A stretch of 32,000 nucleotides of DNA from Nitrososphaerota archaeon (GCA_002713205.1 PAVW01000006.1:39180-71179), one strand, 5' to 3'. Shown: positions 17,316 through 26,299, counted from the first letter of the stretch. Notes: generated by a model not told the origin, from the sequence alone. A program made the numbers and translations.

Positions 17316-18383
17316 ATGTTATTAATTAGGCTTCAAAAAAGGCCTGGAATAGCTGTTATAACACCAGAAAATGTTGATGATCTATGGACAATACGTAGAA
17401 TTGTCATTCCAAAAGATATAATTTCTGGACATACAAAACGAGTGATTAAAGATAAAAGTGAACATGCACGGCCAGGTAAAGGAGAAAGAATAAGAGTTAA
17501 ACTTAGTATTGAAGTGGAAAAAATTAATTTAGATCACTTGTTAGAAAGAATTCGCATATCAGGGAAAATCGTGGAAACTTCTGATGAATCAATAAGTAAA
17601 GGAGCTTACCATTCATTTAATTTAACAATTGGAAATTCAATTATTATAAAAAAAAATTATTTCGAAGATTTTCATATTAATTTAATTAAAAATAAAATAA
17701 AATCCACTGATAGATACATTATAATATGTATAGATAGACGGCAAGCAGGAATAGGTTTGATAACAGGGACTCATCTCAAATTATTTTCAAATATTGAATC
17801 AGGTCTAGCTGGAAAAATGTATAAAACTAATACATCATATTCAAACTATTTTGATAAAATATTGAAAGATATTATCAATATTCATACAAAAGGAATAAAA
17901 ATTATAGTTACTGGACCAAGTGAAATAAAAAAAGAATTTGTAAATTACTGTATTGGAAAAGCAAAAAATTTAGCCGAATATATTACGATCATAGAAGGAG
18001 TAGATTTAGGTGGTCAAGATGGAATTTTCATGTCGTTAAAATCACCAAATTTTAAAAATTTTTTACAGAAATCTGAATTAACAAAAGCTATCTTATTTAC
18101 TGAAGAAGCAATAAGCAGGATTTCAAGAGGAGATAAAAAAGTCTGTTTTACGTTCAATGATACTTTACGAGCAAGTAAGATGAGTTCAATAAATGTTGTA
18201 ATGATTTCAAGTAAAATTTTCGAGGGGAGAAATGAAACCGACGTAATAGAATTATTAAATAATATAGAAAAATTTAAGGGAAGAACTTTCCTTTTAGATA
18301 GTTCAACTGAAATAGGAAAACAAATTGATTCTTTAGGAGGAGTATTAGCCTTACTGAGATATCAAATGGATTGGGTAGATTGA
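17316..18383 (+). CDS. pelA: Pelota (Dom34) mRNA-surveillance / ribosome-rescue factor
   Basis: N-terminus is ITPENVDDLWTIRRIV. Three-domain eRF1-like length (355 aa). Confidence 0.85.
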   Translation: MLLIRLQKRPGIAVITPENVDDLWTIRRIVIPKDIISGHTKRVIKDKSEHARPGKGERIRVKLSIEVEKINLDHLLERIRISGKIVETSDESISKGAYHSFNLTIGNSIIIKKNYFEDFHINLIKNKIKSTDRYIIICIDRRQAGIGLITGTHLKLFSNIESGLAGKMYKTNTSYSNYFDKILKDIINIHTKGIKIIVTGPSEIKKEFVNYCIGKAKNLAEYITIIEGVDLGGQDGIFMSLKSPNFKNFLQKSELTKAILFTEEAISRISRGDKKVCFTFNDTLRASKMSSINVVMISSKIFEGRNETDVIELLNNIEKFKGRTFLLDSSTEIGKQIDSLGGVLALLRYQMDWVD

Positions 18384-18679
18384 ATAATCCAATCAAGATA
18401 TTTAGAATTTGTATGATTCAATTCAAAATCTATAATTTCGGGAATTTCATAGCTATGATTTTCCTCTAAGAATTGTCGAAGTTGTTTAATCTTCTTATCA
18501 GTTGTTTTATAAATTACTAAATATTCATCATTGTTTTCAATTTTCTCATGCCAAGAATACATAGAATTAATAGGAAAGATATTGGCGCATGCAGCAATCT
18601 TGCTTTCAATAGCTAGTTTAGAAATTTTATTTGCTTCGTCGATAGAGGAAAATGTTGATAGTAATATTATTATTTTCAT
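18362..18679 (-). CDS. cutA: CutA divalent-cation tolerance protein
   Basis: KIAACANIFP.INSMYSWHEKIENNDEYLVIYKTT is a typical CutA1 pattern. 105 aa. The 3' end overlaps the Pelota 3' end by 22 nt (convergent). Confidence 0.85.
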   Translation of the reverse strand: MKIIILLSTFSSIDEANKISKLAIESKIAACANIFPINSMYSWHEKIENNDEYLVIYKTTDKKIKQLRQFLEENHSYEIPEIIDFELNHTNSKYLDWIIQSTQSI

Positions 18680-18727
18680 AATCTATATTATAATCACTTG
18701 AAAATGAATTTAATGTTTTTATGATAA

Positions 18728-19327
18728 CTAAATAATCATCAGATCGACCAGGCCTTCTCTGATCAGTCTAATAGCGACAGCGCCAATTAATAGACCCATA
18801 ATTCTAGATATTGCTAATGAACCTTCTTTGCCAAATAAACGCATAAATCCTGATCCCAATCTGAGAGTTATCAAGCAAATAAACAATGAAACAGATATTA
18901 CAGCTAATTTCAAAAAGATTCCAGACATGACCAAAACATAACTAATGCTACCAGGTCCAGCTAATATGGGAGTAGCCAAGGGAAAGATTGCAAGACTAGA
19001 TTTAGTATTTTTGTTAAGATAATTTGTATTTCTACCAAGTACATATTCGACAGAAAAAACAAGAAGTACTATTCCACCAATAATTTTTAAATCTCCCATG
19101 GTTATCCCTAAGATAATAAGAATAAACTGTCCAAAGAAACCAAAGAAGATCAATATGAGATATGATAAAAGGACGGATTTGTTTACCACTTTAATTCTTT
19201 CCTTTTTTCTTAATTTAGAAGTTAAAGAAGAAAACATAGGAACAGAACCAAAAGGATCAAGTATAGCTAACAATGAAATAAGAGACTGAAAAAACACTAT
19301 AGTTGATTCTGTCATCAGGATAGGCAC
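18728..19327 (-). CDS. marC: MarC-family (UPF0056) integral membrane protein
   Basis: LLAILDPFGSVPMF motif and about 6 TM helices. GTG start at 19327, with an alternative ATG at 19315. Confidence 0.8.
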   Translation of the reverse strand: MPILMTESTIVFFQSLISLLAILDPFGSVPMFSSLTSKLRKKERIKVVNKSVLLSYLILIFFGFFGQFILIILGITMGDLKIIGGIVLLVFSVEYVLGRNTNYLNKNTKSSLAIFPLATPILAGPGSISYVLVMSGIFLKLAVISVSLFICLITLRLGSGFMRLFGKEGSLAISRIMGLLIGAVAIRLIREGLVDLMII

Positions 19328-19388
19328 ATATATTCAATAATTGAACTGATGAATAAGTCTATTTACAAGAGATTTGCTTTAACCATAT

Positions 19389-20339
19389 ATGAAAGTAAAT
19401 TTGTGTCTGAAATGTCAGGAGAAAGCAGTATATCACAGAAAATATTCAGGAGAAAATCTATGTCCAAATTGCTTTAATAATTCGTTAATTGAAAAAACTA
19501 GAAAAACAATTTCGAAATATAAAATGATAAATTATGGAGATAAAGTTGCAATAGGTGTATCAGGAGGAAAAGATAGTCTAGCGTTACTAGACATATTAAT
19601 TAAAATAAAAGAATACAAAGACTTTGAATTAATTGCAATTACAATTGACGAAGGCATTGCAAATTACAGAGAAGAGGCAATTGAAATTGCATTAAACGCT
19701 GCGTCAAAAGCAGGTGTCAAACAAGTAGTTTTATCATTCAAAGAACTTTTTAATTTTGGATTAGACGAGGCGTTAATGAATAGAAAAGAGAAGAAAATAA
19801 CATCCTGTGCAATTTGTGGGCCATTACGTAGAAGAGCAATAGAAATAGGTGCAAAAAAAGTAGGTGCAAACATAATTGCAACTGGGCACAACTTGGACGA
19901 TATATTACAGAGTTTCATGATAAATCTATTTAGTGGTGATGTTTATAGGATTAAAGCAGGAGATCCAAGAAAAGAAGCAAAAAAAGAATTCATGATTCGT
20001 AGGATAAAACCATTTATGGAAATTTATGAAACTGAAATTGCATTTTATAGTTTTTTAAACGAGTTACGCTTTCAAACTTTAGAATGTCCACACATGAATG
20101 AAGGTATAAGAACTGAAATTAGAAATTCGCTGGATAATTTTGAAAATAAACATGCAGGTATAAAGCTAAGTTTAATTAAGTCTATGTTTGAAATTTGTGA
20201 GAATATAAAACTTAATCCAAAACAATTACAAAGTTGTAATATTTGTGGATATAATTCATCAAGCAATCCATGTTCGACTTGTAAAACGGTAGAATATATT
20301 AGCGAACTAACCAGATCGTCTAGTTTAGAAAATAGATGA
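19389..20339 (+). CDS. PP-loop tRNA 2-thiolation enzyme of the TtuA/NcsA (TtcA/Ctu1) family
   Basis: PP-loop motif GVSGGKDS. N-terminal Zn finger (CLKCQ...CPNCF) and C-terminal Zn finger (CNICGY...CSTC). Also TGHNLDD. Confidence 0.8.
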   Translation: MKVNLCLKCQEKAVYHRKYSGENLCPNCFNNSLIEKTRKTISKYKMINYGDKVAIGVSGGKDSLALLDILIKIKEYKDFELIAITIDEGIANYREEAIEIALNAASKAGVKQVVLSFKELFNFGLDEALMNRKEKKITSCAICGPLRRRAIEIGAKKVGANIIATGHNLDDILQSFMINLFSGDVYRIKAGDPRKEAKKEFMIRRIKPFMEIYETEIAFYSFLNELRFQTLECPHMNEGIRTEIRNSLDNFENKHAGIKLSLIKSMFEICENIKLNPKQLQSCNICGYNSSSNPCSTCKTVEYISELTRSSSLENR

Positions 20340-20342
20340 GAC

Positions 20343-20355
20343 TAACAATTTGTTA
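20343..20355. promoter_or_regulatory. Perfect 13-nt palindrome TAACAA-T-TTGTTA, a candidate operator upstream of the ArsR-type regulator gene
   Basis: Read directly. It sits about 50 nt upstream of the TTG start at 20406 and about 20 nt upstream of a TTTTATA TATA-like element (about 20376..20382). Confidence 0.3.
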
Positions 20356-20405
20356 CTAACATTAATAGTGAGAGTTTTATACCAGAACTAGTTAATACTT
20401 TCATA

Positions 20406-21083
20406 TTGGGCAATAATGAAGAAATAGGTGAGTTTTTAGATCTTCTAGGCAACAGTACGCGTAGAAGAATATTGCTATTATTAGCAAACGAACCAAGATA
20501 TTTTATACAATTATCAAAAGAATTAGGTGTAAGTCAACAAGCAGTTCTAAAGCATTTAATTAGATTAGAGAATTCAGGGTTAATTGAGTCATTTAGAGCA
20601 AAAAGTAATTTATCAGCTCCAGATAGAAAATACTTCAAATTAGACAAGTCAATTTATATGAGTATAGATATAACAGGAAATTCTATGAATATCAAAATGG
20701 AAAGTTTAGAGGATACTAATAATAATCAAGATAAAATACTCTTAGAATCAACTAAAATTAATCAGGGAAAACGTGATGTGGATATTACACGAATTATTAA
20801 AGAAACAGATTTAAAATTACAGAAAATAAATAAACATATGATATATTTAGAAGATGAAAAAATGTCTTTATTAAAAGAACAAGAACAAGTGTTGCAAAAA
20901 GCACATCAAATAATTCAGGAATCATTAGATGAAGAATTAGCTAGAAAGATACTATATTCAAGATTGAATTCATCTAATAGATTTAATTTAGAAGAGCTTT
21001 CAGAGGAATTAAACGCGAGAGAAAAAGAAATTAAGAATATTATTAAAAAATTAGAAGATAGATTTTCTGTTGAATTAATATAA
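20406..21083 (+). CDS. ArsR-family winged-HTH transcriptional regulator with a long C-terminal coiled coil
   Basis: LLGNSTRRRILLLLANEPRYFIQLSKELGVSQQAVLKHLIRLENSGLIES matches the ArsR/SmtB HTH pattern. The C-terminal 100 aa are heptad-like. TTG start. Confidence 0.75.
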   Translation: MGNNEEIGEFLDLLGNSTRRRILLLLANEPRYFIQLSKELGVSQQAVLKHLIRLENSGLIESFRAKSNLSAPDRKYFKLDKSIYMSIDITGNSMNIKMESLEDTNNNQDKILLESTKINQGKRDVDITRIIKETDLKLQKINKHMIYLEDEKMSLLKEQEQVLQKAHQIIQESLDEELARKILYSRLNSSNRFNLEELSEELNAREKEIKNIIKKLEDRFSVELI

Positions 21084-21104
21084 ATTTAAGAAAAAAACAA
21101 CATA

Positions 21105-21590
21105 TTAGTTTGTAGCAATAGAAGTTGTTTGTGGAAGTTTTGATGAAGCTGTTTTCAAGGCGTTTTTACCTTCATTGAAGAATTCTTTGTAAGTGTTAAC
21201 CTCAAGTATAACGGATCCAATATTTACACGGGCTGCAAGACCAATAGGTTTACCATAAGCACGTCTCATACCTTCTTGTAATCGGTCTGCACCTGCAGTA
21301 GCAAGCATCCTATTTTCACTAATTACAACATGAGGATAAAGTTTAACGGATAATCTATAACTAGTTTCGCCAATGTGTTTTGTAAGAGATTTATTAGCAG
21401 AAACACGTGCAGCTTCTATAGCATTGTCACGGATTTGCGATTTTTCCTTTGAAATCAACTGGAGTTTTAAGTTATAATCAGAATTAGAAGCACCAGTATT
21501 AAATCGAGCTATTTTAATATCAGGCGTACCTGGAGCATATTTTTTACTCAAAGGCATGCCATTAGGCGTTCTATAGTTGCTACCATTCAT
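21105..21590 (-). CDS. rpl10e: 50S ribosomal protein L10e (uL16)
   Basis: YRTPNGMPLSKKYAPGTPDIKIARFNTG and RMRRAYGKPIG patterns. About 160-170 aa. Confidence 0.9.
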   Translation of the reverse strand: MNGSNYRTPNGMPLSKKYAPGTPDIKIARFNTGASNSDYNLKLQLISKEKSQIRDNAIEAARVSANKSLTKHIGETSYRLSVKLYPHVVISENRMLATAGADRLQEGMRRAYGKPIGLAARVNIGSVILEVNTYKEFFNEGKNALKTASSKLPQTTSIATN

Positions 21591-21649
21591 ATTTAATATA
21601 GAATATTAAAGGTGTAATTAAATATGTTCCAGAGAGGAAAAATAGTAAA

Positions 21650-22828
21650 ATGAAAAAATATCTATTAACTTTAGTAAATGGAGAATTATCATATTATGAA
21701 ATAAATACTATCCTAAATTTAAAAAGCACACCTTATAAAATTCTTATAAAAAACAACAATTTCTTAATTCTTGAAATAGAATCACTTAAAGAATTTTCAA
21801 AATTAGGAGGAGTATACAAAATCATTGAGATTACAGCAGAAAATGAATCAATAGAAAAATTATATAAGAGCATCAAACAAAATAATGAATTTGTTTGGTT
21901 AGAGGAAAAAGCACGATGGTGTTTAAGTTATTATTCAATTGAAAAAACAAATAATGCAATATATAAAAAAATGAGCGAGTATTTAAACGAAGAGATTTCC
22001 AAATTAGTAAAAAAGAATAAACAAATGAACAATGATATTTTAGAAGATTCTTTTAGGGAAATATCTGTAAATAAAATAAAAACCATAACGGAAATAGTTC
22101 TGGCTTATGATGGTAAAAAATTCTACATTGGAAAAACTAAAATAATTTTTAATTCAACTGATTATATAAAAAGAGATTTATCAAGGCCATTTCAAGATTC
22201 TTCAATTAGTATCTCACCAAGAATTGCAAGAATTCTTGTAAATTTATTAGGATTAAAAAATAATCAAACTGTTTTAGATCCATTTTGTGGAACTGGTACT
22301 TTTTTAATAGAAGCGTCAATTCTAGGATTAAATGTAATGGGCACAGATAAACGAAAAGAATGTGTTAATGGTACTAGAAAGAATCTTCAATGGATTAATA
22401 AAAATCAAAAGAAGATAAACAACAATATAATGGTTAATGATGCGGAAAAATTAGTTAGTTTTCAAAAAAGAACAATAGATGGAATTGTTACTGAGCCAAT
22501 TCTTTTACCAAACTTAAAGCGTCATCCAAATGAGATAAAAACCAGAGAATTATTAAAAATCACTCAAAAAATCTATGTTAAGGCAATGATTTCTATGAAT
22601 CGAGTATTAAAAGAAAATGGAAAATTAGTAATAGTCACTCCACGTGTAAAAACAAATCGAGGAAAATTTATTTCATTGGATATACTTCACATGATTAAAG
22701 AATCAGGTTTTAGATTTACCAGGATTCATAAGAACAATCAACCAATTATTGTGAAATATTCGAAAGATCAAAAGATAATTAGAGAAGTATGGGTAATGCA
22801 AAAAGAAGAGAATTCAACTCAATCGTAA
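21650..22828 (+). CDS. Putative RNA methyltransferase (Trm11/THUMP-like class I SAM MTase)
   Basis: SAM motif I is VLDPFCGTGTFLIEA. N-terminal non-catalytic domain of about 190 aa. Motif IV reads TEPI rather than the D/NPPY expected of N2-G/N6-A enzymes. Confidence 0.55.
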   Translation: MKKYLLTLVNGELSYYEINTILNLKSTPYKILIKNNNFLILEIESLKEFSKLGGVYKIIEITAENESIEKLYKSIKQNNEFVWLEEKARWCLSYYSIEKTNNAIYKKMSEYLNEEISKLVKKNKQMNNDILEDSFREISVNKIKTITEIVLAYDGKKFYIGKTKIIFNSTDYIKRDLSRPFQDSSISISPRIARILVNLLGLKNNQTVLDPFCGTGTFLIEASILGLNVMGTDKRKECVNGTRKNLQWINKNQKKINNNIMVNDAEKLVSFQKRTIDGIVTEPILLPNLKRHPNEIKTRELLKITQKIYVKAMISMNRVLKENGKLVIVTPRVKTNRGKFISLDILHMIKESGFRFTRIHKNNQPIIVKYSKDQKIIREVWVMQKEENSTQS

Positions 22829-23503
22829 TAGTATTTTTTTAGCAAAACCTAAGAGTATACTAGTTTCACGTGGAGAAGGTTTTCCTCTTTTAATAACATG
22901 ATTTAAGCTTTTTTCAATCAGGTGAATTTTATGTTCTGGAAGATTCAACTTAGTAGCAATGTCTATGTAAGTATTAGTCATCATATTAATTGCATCTCTA
23001 TTTGCAATTGTACGGCTATGAAAGTTAGTATTTGATATTTCATAAAGAATAATTGAAAGTGCATGACTAATGTTCAAGGTTGAATAGCTACTATTAGTTG
23101 GAATGTGAAGAACAATATCAACTTGTTCTAGTTCGTAATTAGTTAAACCGGTAGTGTCTCGTCCAAATATTAAACAAATATTTTGACCAACGTTATTCAG
23201 TGATTCACGAAGCTCAGAAACAGATATAGATTGTCTAGAACTGATCCCTCTTTGACTAGTTATAGCAGTAGTTGCAATCAATGTATCAAACATATTCAAA
23301 TCATTGAAAGATATACGAACACAATTATCAAGAATATCTACTCCATGAGATGCAAATGGACGAGCTTTTTGTAAATCAATATCTGAATTACATAATAATA
23401 ATTTATCAAAACCAAAATTTTTCATGATTCTGGCTACATAACCGACGTTAATAGGATACAATGGTTCAATTAAACAAATTGAAATGTCTTTATCAGAAAT
23501 CAT
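22814..23503 (-). CDS. SpoU/TrmH-family 2'-O-ribose RNA methyltransferase (TrmJ-like)
   Basis: ICLIEPLYPINVGYVARIMKNFGFDKLLL and the C-terminal knot region LHIPTNSSYSTLNISHALSIILYE. I prefer the ATG at 23503 (MISDKDIS...) over the track start at 23593, which would overlap the upstream gene by 77 nt. Confidence 0.75.
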   Translation of the reverse strand: MISDKDISICLIEPLYPINVGYVARIMKNFGFDKLLLCNSDIDLQKARPFASHGVDILDNCVRISFNDLNMFDTLIATTAITSQRGISSRQSISVSELRESLNNVGQNICLIFGRDTTGLTNYELEQVDIVLHIPTNSSYSTLNISHALSIILYEISNTNFHSRTIANRDAINMMTNTYIDIATKLNLPEHKIHLIEKSLNHVIKRGKPSPRETSILLGFAKKILLRLS

Positions 23504-23516
23504 CGTTATAAAAACA

Positions 23517-24107
23517 TTAATCCTCCAACTGATTAAGAATATTATATGTGTAATTTTTAGTTCGGGTTGCCTCAAGTACATACAAAGTTTCAAAAAATAA
23601 CTTTGTTTTCGACAAGATATTTAATTTAATAGAAGATAATTCATCAAGTTGTAAACGGTCTAGAATGTAGAAAGGATTAGATAAATCTGATACGAGAAAG
23701 ATTACTCGACCGTCAGATTTTATAATATTTAGAGATAAATTCAACCAATAAAGTGTTTTTTCAATGCCATATATTCCTCCATCGGTAGATATATCAGTAT
23801 ATTGATCATGGGGTAGATATGGCGGGTTAAAAACTACTAGATCAAAAAATTGATTGTTGAACATAGAAATACCATCCCCCAATAATAAATCAACTCGATT
23901 TGTTAAGTGCATTTTTTTAATTCGTTGATTAGTAAAATCAATTGCTTTGGGATCAATATCAATACCAACGACAAAATCATTGACCATTGCAAGCTCTTGT
24001 GTTATCAAACCATTACCAACACCAATTTCCAATGCTATAAGATCATGAAAATTTTTCAATGTATCAATAAGTAAATATGTATCATGAGAAGGTTCATAGA
24101 TATTCAA
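23517..24107 (-). CDS. HemK/Mtq2-related SAM methyltransferase (NPPY class)
   Basis: Motif I is LEIGVGNGLIT. Motif IV is VVFNPPYLP. About 196 aa, typical of archaeal HemK-related proteins. Confidence 0.7.
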   Translation of the reverse strand: MNIYEPSHDTYLLIDTLKNFHDLIALEIGVGNGLITQELAMVNDFVVGIDIDPKAIDFTNQRIKKMHLTNRVDLLLGDGISMFNNQFFDLVVFNPPYLPHDQYTDISTDGGIYGIEKTLYWLNLSLNIIKSDGRVIFLVSDLSNPFYILDRLQLDELSSIKLNILSKTKLFFETLYVLEATRTKNYTYNILNQLED

Positions 24108-24113
24108 TATATA

Positions 24114-24863
24114 TCAATCCTGATTTATAATTAATTTTTTAATTATTAATACTATATCTTCAGGACTTAAATCGGCAAGGCGATGGGAAAGATTAACATT
24201 ATATTTAGATGAATTTTGGGAATAAGATTGATTAGAGGTCATCATCTTAATTGCAGTACCAAGTTTTTTTCTTCTATAGGAAAAGAGTTTTTTGACTGAC
24301 TGCATCTCCAGAGAATTGAGTTGGTTTTTTGGTGTAAAAACTACAATTTTGGAATATACCTTAGGTTTTGGAATAAAACAGTCAGGGGATAAAATTTCGA
24401 TTTCTTCAATATTAAAACAATATTGTGATATAACACTAATAGCACGGTAATAAGGAGTATTAGATTTTGATGTTAATTTATCAACAAATTCTTTTTGAAG
24501 TATTACAACAGCTCTTCTAAAATCACGTTCAGCTAACCATCGAATAAATCTTTCAGATTCAGAAAACGGCAAACTTGAAATAAATATATTAAAATTTTCA
24601 GTATATTTTAGGCCATCAATATGTTTAAGATCAAGATTTTGATTTTTAGATAGTTTAAGTTTTGCCAATTCATACAAATTTTTATCAATCTCAGAAGAAA
24701 CAACATATTTGCTCTTTTCACATAATAACCCGGTAAGAACAGCTTTACCTGTGCCAAGTTCATATACAATATCATTTTCAGTAATATCAGCTAAATTAAT
24801 CATCTTTTCAATTATATTTTGATCAATTAGAAAGTTCTGGCCAAAATTTTGTCGATTTGTCAA
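24114..24863 (-). CDS. ksgA: 16S rRNA (adenine-N6,N6)-dimethyltransferase KsgA/Dim1
   Basis: FGQNFLIDQNII N-terminal signature, ELGTGKAVLT SAM motif, and SSLPFSES. Confidence 0.88.
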   Translation of the reverse strand: MTNRQNFGQNFLIDQNIIEKMINLADITENDIVYELGTGKAVLTGLLCEKSKYVVSSEIDKNLYELAKLKLSKNQNLDLKHIDGLKYTENFNIFISSLPFSESERFIRWLAERDFRRAVVILQKEFVDKLTSKSNTPYYRAISVISQYCFNIEEIEILSPDCFIPKPKVYSKIVVFTPKNQLNSLEMQSVKKLFSYRRKKLGTAIKMMTSNQSYSQNSSKYNVNLSHRLADLSPEDIVLIIKKLIINQD

Positions 24864-24879
24864 TTTATGTATGTATAAA

Positions 24880-25440
24880 TTACTTTCTGATAAAAACGTT
24901 TAATTTCGTACTACAAGAAAGTTCATCAAATAATCTTCTAGCGATAAGTTTTGAAGGATCACGAATATGAATTCGTTCTTGTAGATCTGAAAAACTAGAA
25001 AATCTATTAATGTCTCGTTCTTTTAATATTTGACTTAATAATGTCTTTCCAATACCTGGAATTACTTCAAGAAAATGTAATCTTGGAGTTAGAGCCTGGC
25101 TGTCATTGAAGTAATTCACATAAAAAGTTTCATTATTACGAACTATAGTTTCTAAGATTTCAGGTAATGAATTAATTGAATCGGAAGTGAGATTTGAATA
25201 TAATAATTTTCCAAGTACACTAACAACTTTAGATCTACCATCTTTTCCAATTCCTATTTTTTCACTAATTGTAAATGATTCTTCAGGAGAACCAAGAATT
25301 TCTAACAAAGTTAAATTATCGAGTCCAATGCCTTGAATTATTGTTCCATCTCGCCCTTTAATAAGTGAAGATCTACTATTTATTCGAAAATCGAGAATAA
25401 ATGCAAATTCTTCATATTTTTTTTGATGAATACTACCCAT
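24880..25440 (-). CDS. DUF655-family predicted RNA-binding protein (OB-like plus HhH)
   Basis: The EFAFILDF N-terminal pattern and C-terminal helix-hairpin-helix (IPGIGKTLLSQIL). It occupies the conserved position between rpl21e/rpoF and ksgA seen in archaeal genomes. Confidence 0.7.
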   Translation of the reverse strand: MGSIHQKKYEEFAFILDFRINSRSSLIKGRDGTIIQGIGLDNLTLLEILGSPEESFTISEKIGIGKDGRSKVVSVLGKLLYSNLTSDSINSLPEILETIVRNNETFYVNYFNDSQALTPRLHFLEVIPGIGKTLLSQILKERDINRFSSFSDLQERIHIRDPSKLIARRLFDELSCSTKLNVFIRK

Positions 25441-25445
25441 ATAAC

Positions 25446-25491
25446 CACCGAATCAAAATAAAAGAGTTAGAAATTAGAAATATATTCGGTG
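25446..25491. repeat. Inverted repeat CACCGAAT / ATTCGGTG (8 bp arms, 30-nt AT-rich spacer) in the leader of the DUF655-ksgA transcription unit
   Basis: Read directly. The arms are at 25446..25453 and 25484..25491. A TATATATATA run at 25533..25542 lies upstream on the minus strand. Confidence 0.35.
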
Positions 25492-25595
25492 TAATAGATA
25501 TTTAATGTAAATAAAAATGAATAGGGCAATTAGAGTCAGCACTATATATATACAAACTTTAGTATTAAACTTTATTAAACAAAGAAAAAGTAGAA

Positions 25596-25931
25596 TTATT
25601 CGTAGACTTTTTCAACAATAGAAAGTATTTGTTCCATGTCTTCAGTTGGAATTAATTTTTTCCAACCACTAGTAAATACGCGTAATTCGGGAAGGGTTTT
25701 TGGGTTAATATTTAAAATCTGATATGCTTCCTCCAGATTCAGATATCCTAAAGCAACAATTTGTTCAGATGCTTTCTTGAATTTTTTTTTATCAGGATTA
25801 GAAAACTTAATTACATAATCATAAGTTCTTTTTTGGATTTGATCTGCATTTGTTATATCAAGTTTGGAGAGTATATCTTTTACCTCAGATAAACTAATAA
25901 TAGTGGATTTCTTTGTTTTTATATCAAACAC
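25596..25931 (-). CDS. rpoF: DNA-directed RNA polymerase subunit Rpo4 (RpoF)
   Basis: 111 aa. The helical HRDC-like C-terminus and the position immediately downstream of rpl21e match the conserved archaeal arrangement. The GTG start abuts the rpl21e stop. Confidence 0.7.
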   Translation of the reverse strand: MFDIKTKKSTIISLSEVKDILSKLDITNADQIQKRTYDYVIKFSNPDKKKFKKASEQIVALGYLNLEEAYQILNINPKTLPELRVFTSGWKKLIPTEDMEQILSIVEKVYE

Positions 25932-26216
25932 CTAATTTTGTGGCTTTATATGTTCAAATCTAGCTATAACAGTCTTAAGTTTTTTCCCAACTGGAACGGC
26001 AATCTCTAGCGAACGCTTGTTTGCTTGTTTCACAGTACCAACCAACCCGTGAAATCGTCTATGTGGCATGCCTTTAACCTGAGTAGGATCAATAATAATA
26101 ATTACTTTATCATCAGATTTATAATCCCTGAGTAAGTAACTTAGTCCTTTTGGATATGGTTTCCTTTTTGAAAGGAGCGATCGTGTCTTTCTTCTGTAAC
26201 CCGAATTTCTTGCCAT
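25932..26216 (-). CDS. rpl21e: 50S ribosomal protein L21e (eL21)
   Basis: MARNSGYRRKTRSLLSKRKP...GMPHRRFHGLVGTV is a typical eL21 SH3-like pattern. 94 aa. Confidence 0.9.
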   Translation of the reverse strand: MARNSGYRRKTRSLLSKRKPYPKGLSYLLRDYKSDDKVIIIIDPTQVKGMPHRRFHGLVGTVKQANKRSLEIAVPVGKKLKTVIARFEHIKPQN

Positions 26217-26299
26217 CTAGATTCTTCGTATTGATATTTTTCCTATTATTTAAAATAATTGATTTAAGACAATTTGATTTATAATTATTATAGAATATT

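Noticed and set aside
16332-20266. Track ORFs 16332..16607(-), 16848..17042(-), 19098..19289(+), 19664..19918(-) and 20072..20266(-)
   Set aside because: They are shadow ORFs antisense to the dnaG, marC and tRNA-thiolase genes.
23504-23593. N-terminal 30-aa extension of the SpoU/TrmJ-like ORF (track start at 23593)
   Set aside because: The extension would overlap the upstream HemK-like gene by 77 nt and adds non-conserved sequence (MKLCMYLRQPELKITHIIFLISWRINVFIT). The ATG at 23503 gives the canonical family N-terminus and a 13-nt gap.
25441-25595. Possible C/D-box sRNA in the rpoF/DUF655 spacer
   Set aside because: A CTGA (D-box-like) is present on the minus strand. I found no RUGAUGA C-box on either strand and no C'/D' pair, so I did not call an ncRNA.
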